DNA of 64,000 nt. Source: Piromyces finnis finn (Eukaryota > Fungi > Neocallimastigomycota). Shown in pieces: positions 52,011 through 64,000 of this stretch (positions are counted from its first letter, which is position 1; each line of letters opens with the position of its first letter). Both the position numbers and the translations under genes were made by a program. The notes below the pieces were generated by a model that was not told where the DNA came from, did no database searches, and saw only the letters and a list, made by a program, of their open reading frames with translations. The stretch spans positions 496,001 to 560,000 of the forward strand of contig MCFH01000009.1 of NCBI GenBank assembly GCA_002104945.1. Direction: 5' to 3'.

Positions 52011-54786
52011 TATATTAGAATAAAATAAATAAAATTACTGTTATAAAAAATATTGCATATATTATTAGCAGCTTCTATTTCTATTTACATTTTTTTTCTA
52101 TTAGAATATTTTATATAGCTTGAGATAATTATAAAATTTTCTGTTCTTAATGGTGGTGGTAGGAATAGGCTTGAACTATTTTATTCTTGGTGTGATGGGA
52201 TGGTTATAGCACATCAAAATTGACAATTCAATATATAATTATTATTAAATAATTTTTATATAATAAATCTATAATATAAAAAATTAAATCATACACTAAA
52301 TTTTTTTTATTCCAAAAGTAGTCATACATTTATTTTAGAATATATTGATAGTATATTAATAATGTAATATTATATTTATGTTATAATATATTGCATATAA
52401 TAGGAAAAATAATATAATTTAATATTGTATTTAAGCAAAATTAAAATATATTTATTAGTAAATAAATAAAGTCGATATATAATAAATATAATTGAATTAT
52501 ATATTTTATGTTTTTACCATTTAAATTTATTTACCACATCAGAATATTATTGGTTGATAATTCTATTTAATGTATTATACATTTACATTACAATAAACAA
52601 AAGTTATATCTTTTTTTTTGATAAATCTCTTTTCTAGAATGAAAAAGGTAATGCTATAATAAAGCATGGTGCTTTACATTTTAACAAGAAGAAATAAAAT
52701 TAAGAAATTTAATAAATGAGTTGTTAATATAAAATCTTTCTTTTTCTACCTTGCTAAAAAGAAATTAAAAACTTAATTGTAGATATGTAAAGAATTTTAT
52801 TAATTTATATAAAATAAAGTTAGAATAAATAACATTTTATTTTAGGACTATCTTTTTTTTTTTTTTTATTTAATATTACCAATACATATTTTAAAAGTTA
52901 ATTTAAATACTTACAAACTATTAAAATTATTTTAGAATTTTCATGATAGATAGATATTTTAATTACCAAAACTCAAGATGAACTCAAAATCTAATTCTTT
53001 ATTATTTATTATAGTATTTACATTGTAGAAAATTAAATAATTCTAATTATATAAACTTTTTTTTTTTAGTATTTTAAAAAAATAGTATTTATGAGATGAT
53101 GAAATTAAAGACACTGCAATTTATTTTTTTTATCTCATTATTGTTTCTACCATAAAAATTACCATAAAAACTTAAATATATTTCATACAATGGTAAGATT
53201 GGAAATTACTATAAATAGTAATACTATTATTACCATCACCGTTCTATCCTACTAGTAGAAATTTCTATCTCACCACTACCTACAGTTAGTAGAAAAAATT
53301 AAAAAAAAAAAAACGTAAAAGATATTAATGCTGTAGCAGTTTTTATCAGCCACGACATCATTGTAATAATATATTTAATTGATAATAAAAATACTAGAAT
53401 AATATTAATTTGTTTTAATAAATATATTGTAATATATGTATAATATATTTTATAGTGATTACTTATTAAATTATTGTTGAGCATTTTGTCCTAATAAAAG
53501 AAAACAGTATTCACTACTTTTTTTTAATTAATAGTTTTATTAAATTAAAATTATAATATATATTGAAATAATATCATCTGTATATTAATTTATATTATCT
53601 TTTTATTAAAATAGAATGGAAAATTCAATTAAAATGTAACTTTATTCATCATCCATATATAATACATTAATTAATAATTAATAATTGAAATTAATTATGA
53701 TATTTATGATCCATTAATTATATTGTTTATAATATATTATTAATATGTTATTCTTAACTGTGATAGGTTAATATATTGTATTCGATCAAATTAAAAAATT
53801 AAAAATTTAATTAAAAAAAATAAATTAAATCTATAAATGAATATGAAATAAATCAATTATACTATATTTGAGAGGAAATTAAATTCAGTTATTTCATGAG
53901 AAAAAAGAAAGGTGGAAAAGTAAAGTGTCAAATGCCTGCAGGCATGTCTTTTTGAAATAATAATAAATAAAATAAAAGAGAAAATAAAGTAATGAGAAAC
54001 CTTGTGTTAGAATATAAAGATAATAGATCAATTCATCATAGTTATTTATATACTTAATAAATATTATCGATAGTAATATGTTTAAATAATACTTTATAAA
54101 TATTTATTAATAAAATAAAATATAAAATAGAAATTAGTAAAAGGATCTATCCTGACTTTTAATAAAATGTTTATAATATGCAATAATAATCCAAAACTTT
54201 AAAAATAATTTAAAAAAAATATTTGACTAAAAATTATTGTATATTCAAAAGGGTTATGGGCTATTATTTCTGTGATATTATGGATTATTATTACTTTTTT
54301 TTTTTTTTTTTAGTAACTGTGTTTAATAACAACCACTACAATATCATAATATCACAATAATAGTTCTTTCTTTCTTTTATATATACATATATAAACATGT
54401 GTAAATCATTAAACGTATTACATAAATATTGAAAACGACTGTCTTTTTCTTTTTATTTATTTTTTTTTTTTTTTTTTTTTTTTAAAATTTCTTATGAATC
54501 CAAATTTAAAATTAAGGCGAAAAGAAAAAAAATAACAATATATCTTTAACAATAAATATTATTGATGATTATAATTTTATTATGCTTTTATTTTTTTCAT
54601 TAAATAAATAATAATAAACAAATAAACTAATTTTTGATATATATAAAATTTAGTGATACATGTCGTTTGAAAATGTATTCATATAATTTTCATATACTAT
54701 AAGAATAAGAATGTTATCAGAGTTATTTTAATAAATACTGAAATATTAATTTACATCAAATAAAAGGAATTAAATGCTATTTATTT

Positions 54787-56024
54787 TCAATATGATTCTC
54801 TGACATACTTCCAATACTTCTTTCTTATTTTATCACATTCTTCTAATTTTGAACAAATCTTTTTAAAAAATATAATTAATAAATAAATTAATTTCATATT
54901 TTAATATATAGAGTAGAATGATTATACCAAATTATAATATTTATAATTCTATTCCATAATTATAAATAAAATAAACTAAATTAAATTACGATATTTACAG
55001 TTCTACAAATGTCTTTTTGTTGTTCTTGTTCTTTCTCACTGTTAAGAGTTTTTAATATACTTTCATTAGTATAAAGTTGATATTCAAGTGCATATTTATA
55101 AGGTTCAATCTTTTGAAGATTTTCACAAAATGGTAAAAGTTCATCAGCAAAATCAGCTAATTTATATTTTGATTTTTCAATAATACTATAAATCATTATA
55201 TATTGATAGTAATATTTAATATTTTTTAAATTCGTAAAAAAAAAAAAAAATTATGGTTTTTATTTCATTTAATTTGTTTTACCCTTTGAGGTACATCCAT
55301 GGACTTTGGTTTGTTGGATCAAAGTTAATTTTTTGTTTAGCATATCTAATTTTAGAGTTATTATAAAACAAAATAAAACAAAATAAGAAATTATACTCAT
55401 CTACAGTCAATTTAAAAAATAATACAAATAAGCAAATGAATAATTAAATAAAAACATAACCAACAACTAATAATGACATTTTATAAAATTATTTATAACA
55501 TTATATTATGTAATTACTCAATTTCATCCTTTAACACAGCTTCAATATCATTATCTGGTTTTTCTGTAAGAATAAAAAATCTGTAGTTCCAAGCAGAGTT
55601 ATTTCTATCATCATCTTTAATCATTGTGTCAGAAAATTTAATTTCTTCATCCCATAAATTGAAATGTCTGACAATCCATTCTCTAATTTATTGAAAAAAA
55701 ATATTTATGCAAAGTAAAATTAATAACATTTAAACAAGTATAATTATTATTGTTCTTTTTTTTTTTTTTGCTTTGTTAAAGCAATATAATAGTAACCTGT
55801 ATGTCCATGCATGATAATTTTTGGAATCATATTGAAGCATGTCATGAATAAATTGTAATTCGTCTAATGGATCATTAAGCTTTTCTATAATAACTTGGCG
55901 ATGGTGCCTTATATAAGAACATTATTATAAAAGTAATTACACATTAATTTCTTTTTATTAATATCAATATTATTAATAATTGTTGGGTATTTGATGTATT
56001 ATCAATTTATTTTATTTTATTTTA

Positions 56025-56063
<39 letters not shown>

Positions 56064-56962
56064 TGAATACTAAAATTCAATATCATACCATAATTGATAG
56101 CATTTTGGATTTTCTTCTGCATATTCAACAAATAGATTTAATTCACCTTTTAAATCAACATTTAATTCTTTTATAATTTCTTGTCTATATTTCCTATTAA
56201 TATTGAAAATAAAACATTATTAAATTAAATATTAAAAATATATCTTTTTTTCATGTCAATTATAGAGAAATTTTTATTGATAATTTATTTCCAATTTAGT
56301 TTAATTTAGTTCTACACGTATATATATTTATTTATAGTAATATTTATATATCCTGCTTTCCATTACCATATAACATAGTTAGATGGACTTAATGCAATAA
56401 TGTCTTCTGTTAATTTTAATGCTCTTTCACTTTTTTCATTATTTTTCATTAAAGTACGAAGAATATCCATTTTTTCTTTGTCTAATATAGAATTTCATTG
56501 TAAAGAGTATTAAAATAAAACAACAACAACAACAACAACAAAAGAAACTGTTATTATACTATAACTTTTGAATATAAAAATATTCTATATTTTTATAATT
56601 ATGATATTTATTCCTATAAATATATATATATAACATAGAAATATCTAATGAATATTTTTTTCATCGTCATAATTATGCAATACTTTCAACTTTTAATTCT
56701 AATATTTTAAATCCTGAAAAATCAATAAACAATTCATTTATCTTTTGGAATGTTATTTAATAATAATCTATTGATCTTCATTGTATAGATATTTCTTCTT
56801 ATATCTTTTGTATTAAACAATTTATATAATAATTTATAATTTTAAACTTAGTTCAAAACAATTACATTCAATTGAATATGCTATTGGCATAATTTCAAAT
56901 GGTCCTTCATCTTGATATGTTCTTTCAACATCTGCCCATCCTTGGTCAACAACACTTTCCAT
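54787..56962 (-). CDS. RAM2: Protein farnesyltransferase/geranylgeranyltransferase type-I alpha subunit (RAM2/FNTA), ~8 exons
   Basis: Spliced PPTA repeats: SERALKLTEDIIALSPSNYVIWKYRQEII, ENPKCYQLWHHRQVI, YDSKNYHAWTYRQWIV, DDRNNSAWNYRFFIL, PTNQSPWMYLKG, and C-terminal DKIRKKYWKY. ATG is at 56962 and TGA at 54789-54787. Confidence 0.93.
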
Positions 56963-57708
56963 TTTTCTTTAATTTCTTTAAAAATTTTATAAAAAATAAT
57001 ATCAATAACATTAATATATATATAAAGTTATGTAATTATTTCATATTAATAACACTATTATTAATATCCTAAATATCCAATTCTTTTATAATATTACTCT
57101 TTTTAGGTGTTTCGAATAACTTATTAATTTTAGTTAATTTTTTTTTTTTTTTTTTTTAATGTTTATTATTTTATTTTAATTAAAAAATATATTAATTTTT
57201 TAAAATTGTTTTTTTTTTTTTTTTAAAAAAAAGTTTGATAATAATAAATGAAAAAATGTATATATATTTGTTAGATAAATATGTATATTTATAAATATAT
57301 ATGAAAAACAAAACAATGACATTTACATTTTTTTTTTTGCTTTATAATTAAAATGTTTTTATTTCTTTTTTTTTTTTTTTTTTTTTTTGAAAATAAAACT
57401 TTGGTGTATATCATGTTTTTTGAATTTTTTAATATTTAATAAAAGAAGATAAAAATATGTTTAGATATTTGATAAACTCTTAAAAAATGTTTTGAATAAT
57501 AATAATAATAATAATAATGATATTATTATATCATAGAAATAAGAAACATAAATAAAATAAATAAAGTAAATAAAAAAATAATGCAAAAATCTTGAATATT
57601 TAAAATCTAAATAAAATAAATAAATAAATAGTATCAATATGTTAAATTTTTAATTATATTTTATTTCTTTTCATTTAATTTTTCTTTATTTTGTATATAC
57701 TGTTTATT

Positions 57709-60700
57709 TTAAACTTGTGATGATTGCGATTCATAATCTGAATACTTTTTGGAACGTTCATTGACATCCGCAAATAATAAACACCATCTATCGACAAATT
57801 CTACAACCAATTCACGAACCTATATATATATATATATATATAAATACTTCAACTTTATTTTCTTTAATATTAGTTAAAATTTGTTATATTATTTACTCTT
57901 CTCTTTAAAGCTAATTTATATATTTGTTCCTTCTTTCTTCTTTCTTTAGACCAGTTCTTTGGATAATCCTATAAATGAAATATAGTAGAAATGTGAATAT
58001 CTTTCCTTTAAAAATTATATAATGATATATTACTTACATCAATGATTTGTGTCAATTGATTTATACTATCTGAATCAGGTGTACTTGCTATTTTTATTCA
58101 TTTACATATATAGGATTAATAAAAATTAGAATAAATCATTTTCTTTTTGATTATTATTATTATATTATTATATAGGTATATTCTAAGTTTATAAGTTACT
58201 TACATTTTGTATCAGCATCATTTTTTTTAGAGACTTTTGCTTTAACTTTAGCAGGTGGTGCTTTTTTTGGCATCTAAATGATTTAAATGAAAATTTTTTA
58301 AAAATGTTTTTTAATTTTAAAGGATTATTATGTTAATTTTTTTTATAGATAATAAATTAAATAGTTACATTTTTCTTTTTATCATTCTTATTCACATTTT
58401 TTTCTATTGAAATAATATTGAGAATAGGATAAAAAAAAATTAATTTATCTTTTAAAATAATATTTAATTTAAATAATAACAAATCTTGACTATTATAAAA
58501 ATATTATACCTTCTTCTATCATTTCAGGTGTTTTAAACTCAATATTTTCATAAAATTTAACATGATTATAACTCTGTAAATTAAAGATTAAAATTACTAA
58601 TTGTATATAAGAATAATAATAATAGTAATATATAAATTATATATATCATTTTTATATTACGTTAATTGGTAATTCTAATTTTCCTCTTATTTTTATTGAG
58701 GTATTTGTGACATTATCTGCTAATTCAACAAATAACCAATAACTAATATTTATTATATTATTATATAAATGAATAAATAAATAAAAATAAAATGGAAAAA
58801 CTAAATTAGAAATACTATTTTATTATATATATATAGATATAAGATTTATTTATGCTCCTACCCTAAGGAATAATGTACAGATTGATATGGCTCTTGAACT
58901 TTTATAACGGATAAACTAATAATTGTATTTAATTCCTTTAAAAATTCTGATTGATCTTCTTTATTTTCAATTTTATAGATATTCTAATATTTTATTAATT
59001 ATAATTGTAAATAATTTTTAGGTCTCTTTAATTAAATGTGTATAATATTTAAAATAATATATGATGCATTAAATACATTATATAATCTGTCAATAGAACG
59101 ATTCCATTCCGTTGTAATATTGAGATAGTCATTGACTCTATTGCATAAGTCTTTTAACTTTTCAATAATAATAGTTGTAAAGTTTAACTGTTATTTTCAT
59201 TATTATAAATGGTAAAGAAATATTAATTTCAATATTATATATATATTTTGATTTATGTAGAATGTTTATATTTTAGTTTTTTATATAATTACGTGGTAAT
59301 CCTTATTTCTTCTAATGAAATGTTGATGTTCCATAACCTTTAAAGAAATAATTCTTGTCTTTTTTATTTTAGCATTCTTATTTTTAATTTGCTCACAAAC
59401 TTTATCAAAAATATATTTATCAATGGATTTCGATATTACAATAGCCCTATTATATATATATTTATAAATATATATATATTTAGATATCTCATATAAAATA
59501 GTATCTATATTAAAAATGCATATTATAAATTTACTTTCTATGTTCTAATATTTTTTCTAATTCCTGTCTCTTAAATTTCATTGTATCATGTTGAATAGCA
59601 TATCCCTAAAAATAATATAATTAGAAATATTCTAATTAGTTTTTTTTTTTTTTTTTTTTTTTTTTGAAAATTAAATCAATTGTTTATATATTATTTTGAA
59701 TAATTTACTTTGAATTCAATCACTTTTGAACATGGGGTTTCAGGAGATGTAACCATTTCCCATGATTCTGTGAAAATTCCTGATTTGTCTGATTTAAACA
59801 TAATTGGAAAATCGTATGCTGATCCTGGAAGAATAATACCAGTTGTATGATAAAAATAAAACTTTTGTATTCCATCTCTTATTTCTTTAGTATACTAATA
59901 ATAAATAAATAAAAATAATTGTTATTTTTTTTTTTTAATATTTTCATTTATTAATATAAGAGAAAAAAAGGATAAATATATTTTTTTGAGGGTTTATTTT
60001 TATTTTTTAAAAAATACCTTTGTAATATCATTATTTCTTTGAACTTTTCTCCATTCAAAATGAATAGCAGTTGTTCCATTATTGTAAATAGTAAGAATAG
60101 AAGAGACAACATGATTTAAAACTGAAAAAAATACTAAACGATCTGTTTTAAATACAAGTGAAACATTTGAATTTTGAGAATTATCTAAAAATGTTCCATT
60201 TATATCTATGGATTCATTTTCATTGCCAATTATTGATTTTTTAACTTCAGAATTGTTTTCAGAACTTTCCTCAATTTCCATACTCTTTAAAACACTTTCA
60301 TCACTTTCTAAACTACTATTACTATTATTTTTAGATATACTAGCGGATGAATGTTTTTCTTTTTCTTCATTTATATTACCATTAGGAACGCTGCTATCTT
60401 CTTTTTTTTTATTAAATGCTTGTGACATATATTGTACATAATCAAAAGCTAGTTCACTTGCTTCTAGAGTTGTATGCTTTCCAACAACTTCTAAATATTC
60501 TGGCTATTAATGTATATTAAATAATCAAATATTATATAATTTATATAAAAAATTAAATATGTATTTTTATCTTTTTTTTTTTTTTTTTTTTTTTTGGATG
60601 AATTAAAATATATTACATTATATATATTTCTCTCTTGACTAATATATTTATCAATTAAATAATCTGGAATGGTATTTCCTTTATCCCTTTTTTTTATATT

Positions 60701-62282
60701 AAATTTATTTTTTTTTTTTTATATTATAAAAAAAGAAATTATTAATACTTATTTTATTTTTATAAAATTAATGTTTTTATGTTTTATTTATTTGATAATT
60801 ACATATTGGAAAGTGGTTTTCTTCTAATTTGTTTTATTCTATGAAATGAAATATTAAATATAAATTAATTCATGAAAAATTTTTATTTAATTATTAATTG
60901 TTATTTTTCATACTCTCTTGGTCCACCTCGTGGAATACTTATATGATAACCTAATAATTCATAACCAACTGTTAATCCATCTCTCCAAAATGGTAAATTT
61001 TTATCATCAAGAAAATCATATGTATTTTCAAATAAACGATAGTATTCTCTTTTTAATCCAAATTCAGTTAATTGTCTATTTAAATTTTGAGATTTATCCT
61101 ATAAATATACATATGTATATACACATAGAATTATTTTTATATACTTTAAGTTACTTTATTGTTATTTTTAATAATTAAAAAAAATTGATAAATAAAAATT
61201 ACCCTATTTATTTTTTTAGCTATGTTATCCTCAATTTTACTCCATTCAATACTGTGTCTTTTCCAATTTTCCAATGCATGTCTTTCTTTTACTTCGCTAT
61301 AATAATTAAAAAAAAAATTTTTTTTAAAAAAATTATAAACATAACAATAATAAATATATTTATTATATTTATATATTTATATATATAAATTGGTATATAT
61401 TAGTATATATTATATATTATATAAAAAAGGTAAAGTTGGTATTATGTCATTTACCAATATTTTTGAAAAATATGAATGTGATTTTTCTTTTTTCTGTCTT
61501 CTCTACTTTCACTCATAATATAATTGGATGTACTTATTTTGTCGTTATCATTACATTTATTTTGTAAAGATGATTCACTATCTTCATCCTTTTATTGTTA
61601 ACGAAAAAAGAAATAATATATAATTTATAATTTTTATAATATTGTTTTACATTTATTTAATATTGAAGTGATGTAAATATTTTGATAAAATAATTTATTA
61701 GAAAATACTGTTTAAAACCCTTTTGTATATATATATATATATATATATGCATATGAAATAAATTATATAATAAACTCTACAATAAAAATAAACCTTTAAT
61801 AATTGGTTATTATTATTATTATTTTGATTTTCTTCCTCGTCATTATTATTATACAATTTATCCATGTATTCGAAATCATCAGGATCTCCAAGTAATGAAT
61901 AATCAATTAAAGCACCATTGCTTTGTCTTCTAGGACCAGTCTTTTTATTAATAAAATAGCAATGTAAAAACATTAGTAAATTCCATTATGTATTATTTTA
62001 ATATTTAAAAACATAGATATAAACCTCTTTTTTAATAATAGCATTCATTGGAATTGGTTTATTCATAGGATCCTCCAACAATAAATCTATATTAGTATAT
62101 TAATTTCATTTATTTTGTTAATATATTCCACTTTAAAAACATTAAATAAATAACATTAAAGTTAAATTCTGCCAACCTTTTCCATTTTTATCTGTTGGAA
62201 GATGTCTTGCGACAAGAATAGTTTTAGGTTTGATATCATTATTATCTTCATTGTTATTTACAATTTCATTATTTGCTAACAT
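57709..62282 (-). CDS. MYCBPAP: MYCBP-associated protein (MYCBPAP/FAP147-like ciliary protein), multi-exon
   Basis: Spliced segments YSLLGDPDDFE, ERHALENWKRHSIEW, PEYLEVVGK, ILTIYNNGTTAIHFEWRKV, QKFYFYHTTGIILPGSAYDFPIMFKSDKSGIFTESWEMVTSP and TEWNRSIDRL follow the MYCBPAP pattern as I recall it. GT-AG introns keep frame from ATG 62282 to TAA 57709. Confidence 0.8.
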
Positions 62283-63919
62283 TTTTTTTTATTAAATTAA
62301 TAATAAAAATAAAATATTATTTATAATTCAGAAGAAAACCTTAAGATTCTGAAATACGTAAAATTCTTTCTTATTTTTTTATTTTTTTTTTTTTTTTTGT
62401 AAAAATTTAATGTGATTATTTAAAAGATAATAAGGTATTAATTAAATCGTCTATCTTTTATCCAAAACTGTCAAGATTAAAAACGAAAACAAGCAAACAA
62501 ACTTGTAATATAAATATCAATTTAATTTTTGAAGTATCTTTATAACTTTATAAATTATTATTAATGATAAATATGTTTGTATCTTCACTAATATGGTTTA
62601 TCAAATTTGTTTTTAATATGTTTAATCCTTTTAGATATACATTACTACTATTAAAGAAAATTATAGTAGAGTATATGATAAGTGCTATTCTTTTATTAAT
62701 ATAAACATAAACAGCTTCTTTATTTGTATAATTTAATAAATAAATTTTAATTTTAATAATTGAATTTTAAATTTATGTTTTTTTTTTTTGTTTTTTTGTT
62801 TTTATAACCAAAACTAAAAATTCTAATAAATTCTAATTATTATTTTTTTGAAAAAAATTCTCTTCATCATATTGGTTTTACAAGATTTAAAATACATAAA
62901 ATGAATAAAATTTATTGCAAAAAAAAAAAATAAAAATAAGTATATACAATATTTTAATTTTATAGTAGATATATGAAAAATGAATAAAATATAAAGAAAT
63001 TAAACATTTAATTGTAAAATTAATAATACGAAATTATTTTATAGATTGTTCTAAACGATTATCTCATATATAAATAATATCTAGTGATATAATAATTTAA
63101 TTTTTTTTACTACTATTTAAGAATAGTCATTGTTAACTTACTAATAAAAAACTCTTTTAAGCAAACATAAAAAAAAAAAAAAAGACAATTTACTAAAAGA
63201 ATTTTTAGTTTGACATAGAATTAAAATACATACTAATGTTACTAGTATTTATATTATAATATTTATCAAATTGAATAAACTATCCATTCAAAAAAATAAT
63301 CAATTTAAAAAGGAAAAGGACATCCTTATTTAAAACCCCAATTGATGACAATTGATGGGTAACAAAATAATATTTTTTTTTTCTCAGTTGCAAAAGATAA
63401 TACGCAACACTTTTTTTCTTTCATATTTATTTTATTATTTATTATTTATTATTATTATTTTTTTTTTTTTTTTATTATTATTATTTTTATTTTCTTTATT
63501 ATTTAAAATATAATAATTATTTTTATTTATTCTAATTTATTTTTATTTTGCTTTTATATTATTTGCTGTATTTTAATGTTATTTTTTTAATTTACTTAAT
63601 ATAAATATATTTTATTCTCTATTTTTAATTTATTAATTCAATAATTTATTTATTTAATTTTTTTTTTTTTTTTTTTTTATTTTGAAAAAAAAAATATAAT
63701 AAAAGAAATAATATTACTATACTATTCTTAACTTTAATTATGATTATTTTTTTTCTATGATTTAATAAATTAAAGAATATTAATAAATGCTTTTAAAAAT
63801 AAATAATAAAATAGTAATAAATAAAAAATATATATAATGATTAAAAAAAATTATTTATATGAATTATAAATTGGTTAAAATGAAATTATTCGAAAAAAAA
63901 AATAAGAAAATCAGTATAT

Positions 63920-64000
63920 TTATTCATCATCAGAAGATTCGTAATCAGTACTATCTTCATCATCATTTTCTTCACTCTTTTGATTCTTATTAGCTAACTT
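63920..64000 (-). CDS. 3' end of a gene entering from beyond the window (acidic tail KLANKNQKSEENDDEDSTDYESSDDE*)
   Basis: Open 27-codon frame with coding-like composition ending in TAA at 63922-63920. The identity cannot be determined. Confidence 0.65.
   Translation of the reverse strand, partial: KLANKNQKSEENDDEDSTDYESSDDE

Noticed and set aside
52119-52224. AG-preceded open frame LEIIIKFSVLNGGGRNRLELFYSWCDGMVIAHQN* after the (AAT)71 tract
   Set aside because: I could not link any upstream exons and it has no recognisable motif, so it is too short to call.
53270-53365. Minus-strand mini-ORF MMSWLIKTATALISFT followed by an intron-like GT...CTAAC-TGTAG segment
   Set aside because: Splicing gives an immediate stop (16 aa). 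It could be a non-coding or uORF-type transcript, but there is no support without RNA data.

Overview
This is an extremely AT-rich, intron-dense eukaryotic locus. Composition, short GT-AG introns, fungal-type housekeeping proteins and a flagellar gene point to a zoosporic fungus, most likely an anaerobic gut fungus (Neocallimastigomycota); this taxon call is an inference. I spliced the genes by hand. They are RPC1 (Pol III largest subunit, ~25 exons), SLX9, a WNK kinase, RPL39, a membrane-anchored protein with a DUF4189-like Cys-rich C-terminus, two divergent intronless paralogues of unknown family, eIF2-alpha, eIF4G, RAM2/FNTA, MYCBPAP and the 3' end of one further gene. The best-supported unusual signal is a minor-spliceosome (U12-type) AT-AC intron at the end of RPC1 (1134-1272, minus). 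It has an ATATCCTT donor, a TTCCTTAAC branch site and an AC acceptor, and splicing it restores the conserved C-terminus. Other leads are (i) an intron-containing, bacterial-type DUF4189-like gene, (ii) a WNK with a non-canonical chloride-site motif (DMGT) and a SAM-like tail, lying near two disordered paralogues that both end in a GRFx[V/I] CCT-docking-type motif, and (iii) a decayed GC-rich island with a VWA/MIDAS-like motif. I recognised no rRNA, tRNA, CRISPR array or intact transposon. All family calls come from motif recognition, not database searches.
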